64,000 nt of DNA from an uncultured delta proteobacterium (GCA_963711835.1 CAVQFQ010000005.1:329759-393758); one strand, 5' to 3'; positions 11,579-22,426 are shown, numbered from the stretch's first letter. The notes: a model not told the origin generated them from the letters alone. Translations and numbers: made by a program.

Positions 11579-11604
11579 TAAAATCAATTTTGGAGTAACA
11601 GCCG

Positions 11605-11949
11605 ATGGAGAGGAAAAGAGGGAAAACGAGCACTGAGGAATTCGAAAAAGCGGCAGCGAAGCGAGACCGGGCAAAGTACGTTCTTCGGCTGTATGTTACC
11701 GGGATGACCCCAAAGTCAACCCAGGCAATCGCCAATGTCCAGAAACTCTGTGAAAAACACCTGGCAGGCCGCTACGAACTCAAGGTGATAGACATCTACC
11801 AGCAGCCCAAGCTGGCCAAGGGAGAGCAGATTATTGCCACCCCAACGCTCATCAAGAAACTCCCCCTGCCGCTCCGGAAGCTCATCGGCGACATGTCGGA
11901 TACGGAAAGGTTTCTTGTCGGCATCGATCTGAAACCCAAGAATTCATGA
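11605..11949 (+). CDS. kaiB: KaiB (copy 2)
   Basis: [46 protein letters not shown]. Confidence 0.93.
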   Translation: MERKRGKTSTEEFEKAAAKRDRAKYVLRLYVTGMTPKSTQAIANVQKLCEKHLAGRYELKVIDIYQQPKLAKGEQIIATPTLIKKLPLPLRKLIGDMSDTERFLVGIDLKPKNS

Positions 11950-11959
11950 GTACGAATCA

Positions 11960-14128
11960 ATGAACAAATCGGATAGAACACGCCAGCAACTTTTGGATGA
12001 GTTGCAGGAACTCACATCGCGGATGATGGAAGCTGAGGAAACTCTGCGCGCTATCCGAGGCGGTGAGGTGGATGGTCTGGTTGTCTCAACGGCGGAAGGA
12101 GATCGGGTCTTTACACTATCGGGCGCCGATCATCCTTACCGGGTCATGGTCGAAACCATGAACGAAGGGGCCGTCACCCTGGCCTCCGACGGCACGATCC
12201 TTTTCTGTAACCAACGTTTTGCAGATATCGTCAAAGGGTCTCTGGAAAAAGTAATAGGATCTTCAATCTACCAATACATTTCATCAACAGACCTTCAATT
12301 ATTTGAGGCATTGCTTGAGCAGGGTTTAAAGGGGAACAGTAAGGGGGAACTGGCCTTACAGGCCGGAGGTGAAAATTCTGTACCTGTCTTACTTTCCGTA
12401 AGTCCCCTTCAGCGCACGGATATGCCCGGTGCGGTGTGCGCCGTAATGGTGGACATCACCGAGCGCAAGAAGATGGAGGAGGCGCTAAAGATTTCTGAAA
12501 CTCGCTACCGCCGTCTCTTTGAAGCAGCCCAAGATGGAATATTAATCCTCGATGCCGAGACAGGACAAATAGTGGATGTTAACCCATTCTTGTTAGAAAT
12601 GTTGGGTTATTCACATGAGGAGCTCTTAGGGAAGAAACTCTGGGAAATTGGCACCTTTAGAGATATTGAAGCATCGAAAGCCACCTCTTCGGAATTGAAG
12701 AGCAAAGGATATGTTCGCTACCATGATTTACCGCTTGAGACGAAAGACGGACGGCCAATTGCCGTGGAATTTGTCAGTAATGTCTATCTGGTCAATCATC
12801 ATAAAGTGATTCAGTGTAACATCCGCGACACCACTGAACGGAAACTTATAGCAGAGGCTTTAAAAAAATCTCACAACGAACTGGAACGACAAGCTGTCGA
12901 ACTTCGGACGGCTCTTTCTGAAATCAAAACAATGAAAGACCAACTCGAGGCCGAGAATATTTACTTCCGTCAAGAGAACAAAATGAAACATCAATTTGAG
13001 CATATTCTCGGGCAAAGTGATGGTCTCAAGTATGTTCTCTATCGAGCGGAGCAGGTCGCTCCTCCGAACACAACGGTCCTCATCCTCGGTGAGACCGGTA
13101 CGGGAAAGGAACTGATCGCTGCCGCCATCCACAACATGAGCCCCCGCAAGGATCGGCCGTTGATCACCGTCAACTGTGCCGCCCTGCCGGGCAATTTAAT
13201 TGAGAGCGAATTGTTCGGCCGGGAGAAGGGGGCATTTACCGGGGCCGATACCCGGCAGATAGGCCGTTTCGAGGTCGCCCATGGTTCCACCCTTTGCCTG
13301 GACGAGATCGGAGAGCTGCCGCTGGAGGTGCAGGCCAAGCTACTCCGGGTGATCCAGCATAACGAGTTTGAGCGCCTGGGCTCGTCCCATACCGTCAAAG
13401 TCGATGTACGGATCGTGGCAACGACCAATCGAAACCTTGAGGAAGAGGTCCGCAAGGGCCGGTTTCGGCAGGACCTTTACTATCGGCTCAACGTCTTCCC
13501 CATCACGGTTCCTCCTTTACGGCAGCGGAAAGAAGACATCCCGCTGATGGTCCAGGCCTTCATAGAACGGTATTCCAGGAAATTGGGCAAACAGATCACG
13601 TCGATCCAGAAGGAGACGATGAAGGCGCTGCAGGATTACCCGTGGCCCGGGAACGTCCGGGAGCTGGAAAGCATCATTGAACGGGCCGTGATCTTGTGCC
13701 CCGGGCCGGTCTTGCAGTTGGCAGATAAACTGGAAGTTTCATCCCCCCCACTCTCATCCGCCGTGAGAACCCTGGAAGAGACGGAGCGAAACCAAATTCT
13801 TAAGATCCTTTCAGAAACCCGATGGCGCATCGAGGGAAAGGATGGGGCCGCAGCGATCCTGGGCCTCCACCCGAGTACCTTGAGGGCCAGAATGCATAAG
13901 CTCGGGATACTCCCGGCCGAAGACCCGAAAGTCAGATTAATTGTCCGGCACCCCTCAAAGGTCTCCTCAATATATGGAGGACCCACCAAATATGGAGGTC
14001 CAACTCATCGTTTCAACCTTCTTTGCTATTCTCTCCTATTAATACAACTCCACGATATCAGGACTGATTCCAAACTTCTGCTTTTTTCGGATTTTTGGCA
14101 ACCCCTTTGCATTAACTATTTTCTATGA
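11960..14128 (+). CDS. Sigma54-dependent enhancer-binding protein: coiled coil-PAS-PAS-AAA+-Fis HTH (true stop probably TAA 13938-13940)
   Basis: [77 protein letters not shown]; two PAS domains; no receiver domain. Confidence 0.93.
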   Translation: MNKSDRTRQQLLDELQELTSRMMEAEETLRAIRGGEVDGLVVSTAEGDRVFTLSGADHPYRVMVETMNEGAVTLASDGTILFCNQRFADIVKGSLEKVIGSSIYQYISSTDLQLFEALLEQGLKGNSKGELALQAGGENSVPVLLSVSPLQRTDMPGAVCAVMVDITERKKMEEALKISETRYRRLFEAAQDGILILDAETGQIVDVNPFLLEMLGYSHEELLGKKLWEIGTFRDIEASKATSSELKSKGYVRYHDLPLETKDGRPIAVEFVSNVYLVNHHKVIQCNIRDTTERKLIAEALKKSHNELERQAVELRTALSEIKTMKDQLEAENIYFRQENKMKHQFEHILGQSDGLKYVLYRAEQVAPPNTTVLILGETGTGKELIAAAIHNMSPRKDRPLITVNCAALPGNLIESELFGREKGAFTGADTRQIGRFEVAHGSTLCLDEIGELPLEVQAKLLRVIQHNEFERLGSSHTVKVDVRIVATTNRNLEEEVRKGRFRQDLYYRLNVFPITVPPLRQRKEDIPLMVQAFIERYSRKLGKQITSIQKETMKALQDYPWPGNVRELESIIERAVILCPGPVLQLADKLEVSSPPLSSAVRTLEETERNQILKILSETRWRIEGKDGAAAILGLHPSTLRARMHKLGILPAEDPKVRLIVRHPSKVSSIYGGPTKYGGPTHRFNLLCYSLLLIQLHDIRTDSKLLLFSDFWQPLCINYFL
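13953..14111 (+). promoter_or_regulatory. Sigma54 enhancer-promoter cassette, copy 1 (upstream of cls)
   Basis: CCTCAATATATGGAGG (13965-13980) + CCACCAAATATGGAGG (13983-13998); TGGCAACCCCTTTGCA (14096-14111). Confidence 0.85.
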
Positions 14129-15543
14129 TCCTGGTCGTCATAAGCATGAAGATTATCAAGCCGTTTTTATTGTTCTGGCTGTCGCTTTCCATTTTGAGCC
14201 TTAGCGGGTGTGCGTCCTTGCCGAATGTTTCTGAAAAAATTCAGGAAGCGCCCCTTAGCCAGAAATCTCCTCAAATCCTTTCGGCCAAAGGACTGTTGTC
14301 TCCCAAACAGAGCAAAGCCCTCATGGAACGACTGAAGCGATCCGTCGACCCGACGGATATGCTGCAACGTTATATCGCCGTAATAGAATCGGTGAGTGAA
14401 AGCCCCTTGACCAAAGGGAACAAAGTCACTTTGCTCGTTGATGGTCCAGCCACTTATGCCGCCATGTTCAAAGCGGTAGAGAATGCCCGCGACCATATCA
14501 ATCTCGAAACGTTTACCATGGAAGATATTGTAGATGAAACGGGGATGAAACTTGCCGATCTATTGTTACAAAAACAGGCGGCCGGTGTTCAGGTGAATAT
14601 CCTTTATGACAGCCTAGGCAGTTACACTACTCCCGCCTCCTTTTTTCAACGCCTGCGCGACGGTGGGATTCAGGTGACCGAATTTAACCCGATAAATCCA
14701 CTTAAGGCTCGCGGAAAATGGCGCTTGGCCAAATCGGATCACCGCAAGATTTTGATCGTCGACGGCAAGGTCGCCTTTACCGGGGGCGTCAACATCAGCC
14801 AGGTTTATTCGAGCGGGCTTTCTGGAAGGCGGGAACAGGACCAGACCCAAATCCCATGGCGGGATACCGACGTTCGAATTGAGGGCCCGGCTGTGGCTGA
14901 GTTCCAAAAACTTTTTCTGGAAACGTGGCAGAGACAGATGGGTGCGAAGATCTCCGAACGGAATTACTTCCCCGATTTAATAAAAAATGAGGGAAATACT
15001 CTGGTGGGGGTGGTCGGCAGCAGTCCAGGAGAGGCCAACAGGATTACTTTTATTCTGTATGTGTCCGCCATCACCTTTGCAGAAAATTCGCTTCATATGA
15101 CCAATGCCTATTTTGTCCCCGACCACCAGACAGTAGATGCCCTCACGGAGGCTGCTAAGCGCGGGGTCGATGTGAAGATCATTCTTCCCGGAACCACCGA
15201 TTCTTCGCTGGCCCAATATGCAGGACAATATTTTTATTCCGAGCTTTTGAAATCGGGGGTAAAGCTATACCGGCGTCACAATGTCCTCCTACATGCAAAA
15301 ACTCTGGTCATTGACGACATCTGGGCGACAGTCGGCTCTACTAATATGGATTTCTGGAGCTTTTCAAGCAATGACGAAGTGAACGCGGTTATTCTGAGCC
15401 GCGAGTTTGCTATGGAAATGGAGAAGATGTTTGCCGCGGATCTTGCGGAGTCGGGCGAGATTCGACGGGAAGAATGGGAAAAAAGACCTCTGCTTTCCAA
15501 GATTCGGGAGTGGGCAGCCTATTTATTCTCACACTGGCTATAG
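14125..15543 (+). CDS. cls: Cardiolipin synthase / PLD-family protein with lipoprotein-like N-terminus (ClsB-like)
   Basis: Two HKD motifs ([22 protein letters not shown]), WRDT, LSGC lipobox. Confidence 0.88.
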   Translation: MILVVISMKIIKPFLLFWLSLSILSLSGCASLPNVSEKIQEAPLSQKSPQILSAKGLLSPKQSKALMERLKRSVDPTDMLQRYIAVIESVSESPLTKGNKVTLLVDGPATYAAMFKAVENARDHINLETFTMEDIVDETGMKLADLLLQKQAAGVQVNILYDSLGSYTTPASFFQRLRDGGIQVTEFNPINPLKARGKWRLAKSDHRKILIVDGKVAFTGGVNISQVYSSGLSGRREQDQTQIPWRDTDVRIEGPAVAEFQKLFLETWQRQMGAKISERNYFPDLIKNEGNTLVGVVGSSPGEANRITFILYVSAITFAENSLHMTNAYFVPDHQTVDALTEAAKRGVDVKIILPGTTDSSLAQYAGQYFYSELLKSGVKLYRRHNVLLHAKTLVIDDIWATVGSTNMDFWSFSSNDEVNAVILSREFAMEMEKMFAADLAESGEIRREEWEKRPLLSKIREWAAYLFSHWL

Positions 15544-15646
15544 AAAATCCCTCTTGCTGCAGGGGCGAGTTGCGGATTTCTTGCCCTACCCTGAAGGTAA
15601 TATTTAATCTATGGGGATTTCAAAAGGTGCCGAGAGGAGAAATCTC

Positions 15647-16225
15647 ATGAGCCTAAAGATAATCTTTTCGATTAGTCTCATAGAAGCCATTTCCTTGTTA
15701 TTGATTTTTGGGTCCCTAGGTGAATCAGCAGAGTCTGACCGACCGATAAGTTGGGCCACGCCGATCCAAATGCAAGGGGTTAGTAGTTTATATAAGATTA
15801 CAGATTATCTCTATAGAAGTGATCAGCCAACCGAAGAAGGAATGAAGAATTTTGAAAAAATGGGAATAAAGACCGTAATAAACCTGCGGACTTTCCATTC
15901 TGATTTGGATAAAATCAAAAAGACAGGATTGCTCCATGAAGAATTAAGCGTAAAACCGTGGCATATTGAAGATGAAGACGTAATTAGAGTTCTGCAAATA
16001 ATCAAAAAAAGAGAGAATGGTCCATTTTTAATGCACTGCTGGCGCGGAGCGGATAGACTCGGTCTTATGGTTGCGATGTTTAGAATTGTAGAACAAGGAT
16101 GGACGAAAGATGAGGCGATTCAAGAAATGGTGAAAGGTGGGTATGGATTTCATGCGACCTGGCGTAACATCATTGATTATGTACAGAATGTAGACGTGGA
16201 AAAAATACGAAAAGAAGTGGAATAA
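15647..16225 (+). CDS. Tyrosine/dual-specificity phosphatase-family protein, probable signal peptide
   Basis: CX5R motif HCWRGADR, LYRSDQP, VINLR. Confidence 0.8.
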   Translation: MSLKIIFSISLIEAISLLLIFGSLGESAESDRPISWATPIQMQGVSSLYKITDYLYRSDQPTEEGMKNFEKMGIKTVINLRTFHSDLDKIKKTGLLHEELSVKPWHIEDEDVIRVLQIIKKRENGPFLMHCWRGADRLGLMVAMFRIVEQGWTKDEAIQEMVKGGYGFHATWRNIIDYVQNVDVEKIRKEVE

Positions 16226-16331
16226 GAATCACTTACACATCCTGCGGAGATGCTATCGCAAGCACTCCGGCAGGTTTTTGCTCTTAGAATATTTATCTCG
16301 GAACAGGAGGGAAGCGGTGACTAATATCGGA

Positions 16332-17143
16332 ATGCCCGCCTTCTGCTTAACCGTCAGGTCGTTTACGAGGGCGACGACGATCGGCCTGCTGGTTCTCGTG
16401 ACCATGTTGTTAGGCCCTCCCCCGCTTCCGGCGGCTCCGGTCCCGGTGCGCTTCGTCGAGGGCGCCATACACGGTTTTCTCATGCTGCGCACAGTCGACG
16501 GCGCCCTCATTGCCTCGGGCGATCTCCTCCAAGTCGGCCGGGGGGAGGGGTCGAGAGCCGTACAGTGTTCCACTTCAAGGATGGGTCGTTATTCGACGAG
16601 ACGGTGGTATTCACCCAGCAGCACGTATTTACCATGCAAAGCTACCACCTGGTACAGCGCGGGCCCGTATTCGCCGAGGACACCGAGATCTCGTTGGAAC
16701 GGACCGGGAAATACCGCGTGAAAACCAGGGGCCGCAAGGACGGGCGGGAGAAGGGGCTTGAGGGCACACTCGAACTGCCCCCGGACGTTTACAACGGCAT
16801 GGTTCTTACCGTCGTGAAGAATCTACCCAAGGAGGCCAGCGAGACCGTCCACATCGTGGCCTTTACACCCATGCCCCGGATCATCCAGCTGAAGCTGGCA
16901 CCGAAAGGCGAGCACAAGGTGATGATAGGCGAACTCGCGAAGACCGCGATCCAATATGTATTCAAGCCCCAGCTCGGGGTCTGGCTCAAGCTCTTCGCCA
17001 CGCTGCTCGGGCGCGTGCCGCCGGACTACCACGCCTGGATCATCGCTGACGAGGTGCCAGCGTTTGCGAGGTTCGAGGGACCGCTCTACACGACGGGGCC
17101 GGTCTGGCGGATCGAGCTGACGAGCCCCCGTTGGCCAGACTAA
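16332..17143 (+). CDS. Exported conserved hypothetical protein (frameshift in G-run 16540-16550)
   Basis: Signal peptide-like start then VPVRFVEGAIHGFL..GDLLQ; continues in the next frame as VESRTVFHFKDGSLFDETVVF...WRIELTSPRWP. Confidence 0.65.
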
Positions 17144-17225
17144 AGGGGAGGGTGTTTTATCCTGGCCCCCTGAGTGGAAGGGAGTCTTAATAGATATTTA
17201 AAAATGAGGAAAGGAGAAAAATGGT

Positions 17226-17378
17226 ATGGGAATCATACTGACCGTCATCTTAGTCATCGTGCTCATCGGCGCCCTGCCCACCTGGGGCCACAGTAAGTCC
17301 TGGGGACCCTATCCCAGCGGCGGAGTCGGATTGATCCTTCTGATAGTGATCATCCTGTTACTACTGGGGCGGATTTGA
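17226..17378 (+). CDS. DUF3309-family small membrane protein (50 aa), copy 1
   Basis: MGIILTVILVIVLIGALPTWGHSKSWGPYPSGGVGLILLIVIILLLLGRI; AAGGAG upstream. Confidence 0.85.
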   Translation: MGIILTVILVIVLIGALPTWGHSKSWGPYPSGGVGLILLIVIILLLLGRI

Positions 17379-17562
17379 GGTAGCTTTGAGGCACATGAAT
17401 TAGTCCTCATCACCAACGACAGGCCGCATTTTTGGAAGGTCTGAAGCAAACCCTGGCGAGGGACAGGGAATATCGTCTTCTGTGACGAGGCAAGCGCGAG
17501 CCAGCAGGTGCGCAACCGGATCTGGAAGAACGAATACGACTGATTCGCTAAAGGAGATGCAA

Positions 17563-17763
17563 ATGATAAAACTGGGTAAGAGTGTCATGGCGGCATTAGT
17601 AATGGGTGCTCTGATTGCAGGGCTATTATGCTGCCAGAAAAAAGAGGGCCCCGTGGAGCGCGCCGGCAAGCAAATCGATAAGGCGGTAGAAAAAGCCGGG
17701 CAGCAGATCGAAAAGGCTGGTGAGAAAATCGAAGATACGGCAAAAGACGCCAATAAAAAATAG
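17563..17763 (+). CDS. Small lipoprotein with LEA-like amphipathic repeats
   Basis: Signal peptide + Cys, EGPVERAGKQIDKAVEKAGQQIEKAGEKI; AAGGAG RBS. Confidence 0.75.
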   Translation: MIKLGKSVMAALVMGALIAGLLCCQKKEGPVERAGKQIDKAVEKAGQQIEKAGEKIEDTAKDANKK

Positions 17764-18029
17764 CCTTTACGAAGCGCGCCGATTTAACCTGCCGATGGCG
17801 TCCCTATCGGCCAAACCCGCTTCGTGCCTGCGTGGCTAAGCGTTTTGCTGTGGCCCGCCGTAGCGGATTTTGGCGGGCATGGTCGTAGTCGAGCATTGGT
17901 GCAAAAAGGGAATAGCGTATGTTGCGGTGTCCTATCGGTTGGAGCGGTGCTGGCTTTGTTCCAGCGTTTTCGTTGCATCCGACCGTTACGGCGCAGGCTG
18001 AGCTGTAACATTATAGGAGGTAGCCGTGT

Positions 18030-18371
18030 ATGTACGAACATCGAACGCGCCCTATCCTCAGTAGAGCCGATTTTGCAAAGCGCATCGCCCGCCATGTTAT
18101 GCTGGCCCTTATTGTCCTCGTCTTGGCCTTGGGCATTGGAGTCGTCGGTTACCACTACCTGGGAGAGCTGGAATGGCTGGATGCACTGCTCAATGCTTCG
18201 ATGATTCTGGGCGGAATGGGACCTGTGGATCCTCTGCATAAACCGGTGGCGAAACTGTTCGCCTCCTGTTACGCCTTATTTTCAGGGCTAGTTTTCATCG
18301 GCGTGGCCTCCTTGTTGGTGGCGCCATTCGCCCACCGTTTATTGCACCGCTTCCACTTGGATGAACGATAA
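18030..18371 (+). CDS. Small membrane protein, two TM helices around a channel-pore-like loop
   Basis: GVVGYHYL..WLDALLNASMILGGMGPVD..KLFASCYALFSG; AGGAGG RBS. Confidence 0.65.
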   Translation: MYEHRTRPILSRADFAKRIARHVMLALIVLVLALGIGVVGYHYLGELEWLDALLNASMILGGMGPVDPLHKPVAKLFASCYALFSGLVFIGVASLLVAPFAHRLLHRFHLDER

Positions 18372-18495
18372 AAGAAACACTGCCTTGTCCAGGGGGAGGG
18401 GTCACCAAAGGGAGTTCTTATCATTCTGTTGGCCATGTCCTTTATCTTTGGCAAAGAATGAGTAATTTTTGAAATGAAGGTGAGAGGTGTATTTT

Positions 18496-19971
18496 ATGAA
18501 TGCGAAGGATAAACAGCACCGGGGTATTCTACAGAGAATCGCCCGGAGGGTGATGCTTGAGAGGGGTTTACTCCCCGACTTTTCTGTTGAAGCACTCTCC
18601 GAACTGGCCGGGATTCAGGGGCCGGCGACAATGGATGGTGAGCAGGTTCGTGACCGGAGGGACCTTCTTTGGGCTTCCATTGACAACGATGACTCCCGTG
18701 ATTTGGATCAACTTACCGTTGCCGAGGCGCTGCCTGACGACCAAGTAAAGATCTTTGTTGCCGTGGCTGACGTGGACTCGATCGTTAAGAATGGCTCGGC
18801 CATTGACGATCACGCCCGCCACAATACGACCTCTGTCTATACGGCTCCCACGCTATTTCCGATGCTTCCTGAAAAGCTTTCGACCGATCTTACCTCCTTA
18901 AACTTCAATGAGGATCGACTATCCATTGTCGTCGAAATGGTGATCGGCAATGACGGGTCCCTCCAGGATTCGGATATCTACCGGGCGCTTGTCCGCAATC
19001 AGGCCAAGCTCGCCTATAACAGCGTTGCCGCCTGGCTGGAAGGGAAAGGAATTGTGCTTGAGGCTATCGCTGCCGTAAAGGGACTTGATGAGAATCTACG
19101 CCTGCAGGACAGGGTAGCACAAAGGTTGAAGAACTTCCGGCAGGTTCACGGGGCACTCAGCTTTGAAACCATTGAAGCGAGGCCGATATTTGATGGCGAT
19201 GAAATCCGGGCCCTCGAAGTGGAAAAAAAGAACCGCGCCAAGGACCTTATTGAGGATTTTATGATAGCGGCCAACGGCGTTACTGCCCGGTATCTCTCAT
19301 CAAAAAAATTCCCTTCCCTACGGCGGGTGGTCCGCAATCCAAAACGATGGGAACGGATCGTCGAGATAGCCGAGGAACACGGGTTCAAACTTCCTTCTAA
19401 TCCGGATTCAAGCGACCTGGAGGAATTCCTGATGAAGGAGAAAGCAGCCGATCCGCTGAGATTCCCCGACCTCTCCCTCTCCATTATCAAACTGATGGGA
19501 GCCGGGGAATACGTGGCAGAACTTCCAGGAGACACGGCTCCCCCGGGACACTTTGGTCTCGCAGTCAGGGACTATACCCATTCCACCGCCCCTAACCGCC
19601 GATACCCGGATCTCATCACGCAGCGGCTGCTGAAGGCTGCCATGGCTCAACATCCCGTACCCTATGAGAAAGATGACCTGGAGGCTCTGGGCAAACATTG
19701 CACCGAGGGAGAGGATGCCGCCAGGAAGGTTGAACGGCTGGTCGAAAAATCCGCAGCCGCGATACTGCTCGAGTCAAGAATCGGGGAACGGTTCGATGCC
19801 CTGGTCACTGGTGCAGCCGCCAAAGGCACGTGGGTCCGTCTTCTGCATCCTCCTATTGAAGGAAAACTGGCGCAGGGTTTCGAAGGGATTGACGTGGGTC
19901 AAAGGGTTCGCGTCCAACTGATTCACACAGACGTGGAGCGGGGATTCATCGACTTCAAGAGAATTAAATGA
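18496..19971 (+). CDS. RNB-domain (RNase II/R family) exoribonuclease, short form
   Basis: SIDNDDSRDLDQ, IEDFMIAAN, HFGLAVRDYTHSTAPNRRYPDL. Confidence 0.9.
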   Translation: MNAKDKQHRGILQRIARRVMLERGLLPDFSVEALSELAGIQGPATMDGEQVRDRRDLLWASIDNDDSRDLDQLTVAEALPDDQVKIFVAVADVDSIVKNGSAIDDHARHNTTSVYTAPTLFPMLPEKLSTDLTSLNFNEDRLSIVVEMVIGNDGSLQDSDIYRALVRNQAKLAYNSVAAWLEGKGIVLEAIAAVKGLDENLRLQDRVAQRLKNFRQVHGALSFETIEARPIFDGDEIRALEVEKKNRAKDLIEDFMIAANGVTARYLSSKKFPSLRRVVRNPKRWERIVEIAEEHGFKLPSNPDSSDLEEFLMKEKAADPLRFPDLSLSIIKLMGAGEYVAELPGDTAPPGHFGLAVRDYTHSTAPNRRYPDLITQRLLKAAMAQHPVPYEKDDLEALGKHCTEGEDAARKVERLVEKSAAAILLESRIGERFDALVTGAAAKGTWVRLLHPPIEGKLAQGFEGIDVGQRVRVQLIHTDVERGFIDFKRIK

Positions 19972-20220
19972 TTCATTCGTTGAGTCTCAGGGCTTATGAA
20001 CCCTTAATTTTGTTAGGCCAAATAGTTTATCAAGGCCTTCTCCCTGTCTTCCTGAACTAAACCCCGAACACTTTTTCCTAAAAATGTCTATTTCTACTGG
20101 AAATCATAGGACAGTCATTGGTGAAACAAAATGGTGTTTTTGTTCGCCCCACATCTCGGCTCACTCCTATCCCATCGGGAAGGTGCCCGGTTTCAGGTGT
20201 CTGTTAAGATGTCCGGCTAT

Positions 20221-20380
20221 CCTCAAAGTTTCCCTCAATATAATGAGGCTCCGCCAAATATGGAGGTCCAACCCATCGTTTCAACCCTCTTTCCTGTTCT
20301 CTTCTGTTAATCAAACCCTCTGATATCAGGCTTGATTTCCGACTTTTTCTTTTTCCCAGGCTGTTGGTAAGCTACTTGCA
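20221..20380 (+). promoter_or_regulatory. Sigma54 enhancer-promoter cassette, copy 2
   Basis: CCTCAATATAATGAGG (20233-20248) + CCGCCAAATATGGAGG (20251-20266); TGGTAAGCTACTTGCA (20365-20380). Confidence 0.85.
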
Positions 20381-20528
20381 TTCTGAAAAACTTTAAGTTT
20401 ATCCGGCTCTTTGCCCTTGAAAATAATTATCCGGAACAGAATAAGGACTCAGGGAAATAACAATGTATGGGTTACTTTTTTAAACTTTGCAATCGTATGA
20501 TTGCACATCTAAAAGCAGGAGGAGAGAA

Positions 20529-21095
20529 ATGAAAAAGGTTATTTTGTTGTCAGTGTTAGTGGTTTTTGGATTAGCCTTGTTTTCGGGTTGCGCCTCTATG
20601 CAAACATGGCCAGATAATGAAAGGAGTGCAGAGAACAAGATGGTTGTAATCCAGGAGAAAATTGGGGATGGGCTGAAAACCGGTGCGCTTACCCCCGATC
20701 AGTCCCAGATGTTTCTGACGACACTGAAGGGTATTCGAACAGACTATACGGAACTGAGAGACAAAGTGGTCTCCCGGGATGAATGGGACAGGCTTCTTGG
20801 AAGACTTGATGCGCTTGAAGATGAGATCAACAGAGCGCTTGCCCGGACCGCAAGAATTGAAGAACCAAGGAGGAATGGGGACAGGATTGTCGCACTCCAA
20901 AGGAGAATTGATGATGGAAGAATCAACGGACGTTTACCCCTGACAGAGGGGCGAGAATTTCAATCCAGACTGGACTCCATTCGGCGTGAATATTTGCGGA
21001 TGACGGAAGGAGGCAGATACACCGCGCACGAGGAGAGAGCAGACATCTCACGCAGGCTCGATTCATTGGAAACGGATCTAAATCGGTATCGGTAG
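20529..21095 (+). CDS. Hypothetical lipoprotein with two internal helical repeats
   Basis: MKKVILL..FSGC lipobox; AGGAGG RBS; repeated I.DG...G.L...RLD.LE unit. Confidence 0.75.
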   Translation: MKKVILLSVLVVFGLALFSGCASMQTWPDNERSAENKMVVIQEKIGDGLKTGALTPDQSQMFLTTLKGIRTDYTELRDKVVSRDEWDRLLGRLDALEDEINRALARTARIEEPRRNGDRIVALQRRIDDGRINGRLPLTEGREFQSRLDSIRREYLRMTEGGRYTAHEERADISRRLDSLETDLNRYR

Positions 21096-21177
21096 ACGCA
21101 ATTTAATGAGATGGTGGTGTCAAAACCCTAAGAGATTCTACCGGCTTGCCGGGAAATCTATTTGAAAGGAGAATCAC

Positions 21178-21324
21178 ATGTTGTGGACAATTGCTGTAAT
21201 ACTGATAGTTTTGTGGCTGCTGGGGTTGGTGACCAGTTATACGATGGGAGGGTTCATTCACATCGCGCTGGTGATTGCCATTATCGTTGTGATAGTCGGC
21301 TTCGTTCAGAGGCAACGAGGGTAG
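21178..21324 (+). CDS. lmo0937-family (DUF5670) small membrane protein (48 aa)
   Basis: MLWTIAVILIVLWLLGLVTSYTMGGFIHIALVIAII; AAGGAG RBS. Confidence 0.85.
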   Translation: MLWTIAVILIVLWLLGLVTSYTMGGFIHIALVIAIIVVIVGFVQRQRG

Positions 21325-21388
21325 TGAAGCACAGTCCTCAATTTTTTCTGCAACGTTTAGATGAAGTAAACCCTTTGAAAGGAGAAAA

Positions 21389-21718
21389 ATGAACATGAGC
21401 AAATTAGAAATTAAAGGGGCCTTGGGCTTGGTTTTATTGGTGGCGGTGCTGATGATCGGCTGTGGTTCAACCTCTTCCGGTGGAGGATTTGCCAACGTGG
21501 ATGTTCAGTACTCGATATCCGGGGATCGCATCACTCATAACGCTAACGAATCCCAGGATTATACTCTCCCGGGGGTGGGGACCGATTTCCGGAAACTGAC
21601 CTGGTTTTGCGCAAACTATAAAGACCATCAGAGAAGTCGCGTTGAGCTGACCTTTAAAAAATCAAATAATACCTGGGTGTTGGATAAAGAGGATTTCAGC
21701 GGCGGTAGTTGCGCATAG
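21389..21718 (+). CDS. Hypothetical lipoprotein
   Basis: AAGGAG RBS, hydrophobic signal ending MIGC. Confidence 0.65.
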   Translation: MNMSKLEIKGALGLVLLVAVLMIGCGSTSSGGGFANVDVQYSISGDRITHNANESQDYTLPGVGTDFRKLTWFCANYKDHQRSRVELTFKKSNNTWVLDKEDFSGGSCA

Positions 21719-21919
21719 CCGTTATTCCTTTCCTTAACGATAACCCTGACCGCCTCTCTCTTAAAATGAACCTTCAGCTTTGGTAACGAAGTGGACGGGA
21801 GGGGGCGACAAAGAAGCACGCAAAAATCAGCCGCGAGTGTAATGAGTCGGCTGTATTGCCTTGGGAATCATTTGTCCTTTTCATCCTATTCGCTGTCACG
21901 GGCTGACTCATTGTCTTCT

Positions 21920-22241
21920 CTTTGTCTACTCTTAAGCCAAGCACTCGCGGCATCGATATGGTAAACCATTTCAATGACAGCCCGGCAATTCTTGCCGTAG
22001 TCTCATGAAACGATTGGATGGCCGCGTGCTCTGCAAGGTCTATAACGGCGGGGTAACCTCTGACACGAAAAAAGGCTTCTGTAGGCCCAAAACGTCCCTT
22101 TAGGGCACGGACATCAACTACTACTACCACAGCCCCGAGGTTTATTGCGTTTACGATATCGATCACTTCATTCTGCAGCTTTTGAACAGTGTTCGCCGTT
22201 ACTTCGCCTGTGATGACAGTTTCAATGATTCCTTCATTCAC
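21920..22241 (-). pseudogene. Degenerate SpoIIAA/STAS-like hypothetical gene
   Basis: VDVRALKGRFG...FHETTA..AGLSLKWFT then frame loss; no RBS; the only minus-strand gene-like segment in the island. Confidence 0.4.
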
Positions 22242-22267
22242 AAACGCCCGCTAAGTTGTTCGGTACC

Positions 22268-22426
22268 CCTCAAAGATTCCCACAATATATGGAGGTTCCA
22301 CCAGATATTGAGGTCAAAAAATAGTTTCAACCTTCTTTACTAATCTCTCCTGTTCATCTAACTATACGATATCAAGTTTGATTCCAGACTTTTTCTTTTC
22401 CACAGGTTGTTGGTAAACTACTTGCA
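22268..22426 (+). promoter_or_regulatory. Sigma54 enhancer-promoter cassette, copy 3
   Basis: CCACAATATATGGAGG (22280-22295) + CCACCAGATATTGAGG (22298-22313); TGGTAAACTACTTGCA (22411-22426). Confidence 0.85.

Noticed and set aside
9497-11949. A complete cyanobacterial-type circadian oscillator
   Set aside because: No kaiA, sasA, cikA or rpaA in the window; self-sustained 24-h rhythmicity cannot be inferred.
20084-20323. 79-aa ORF over cassette 2 (and similar ORFs 29476-29685 and 36326-36577)
   Set aside because: No RBS or protein-like features; these are translations of the regulatory cassette.
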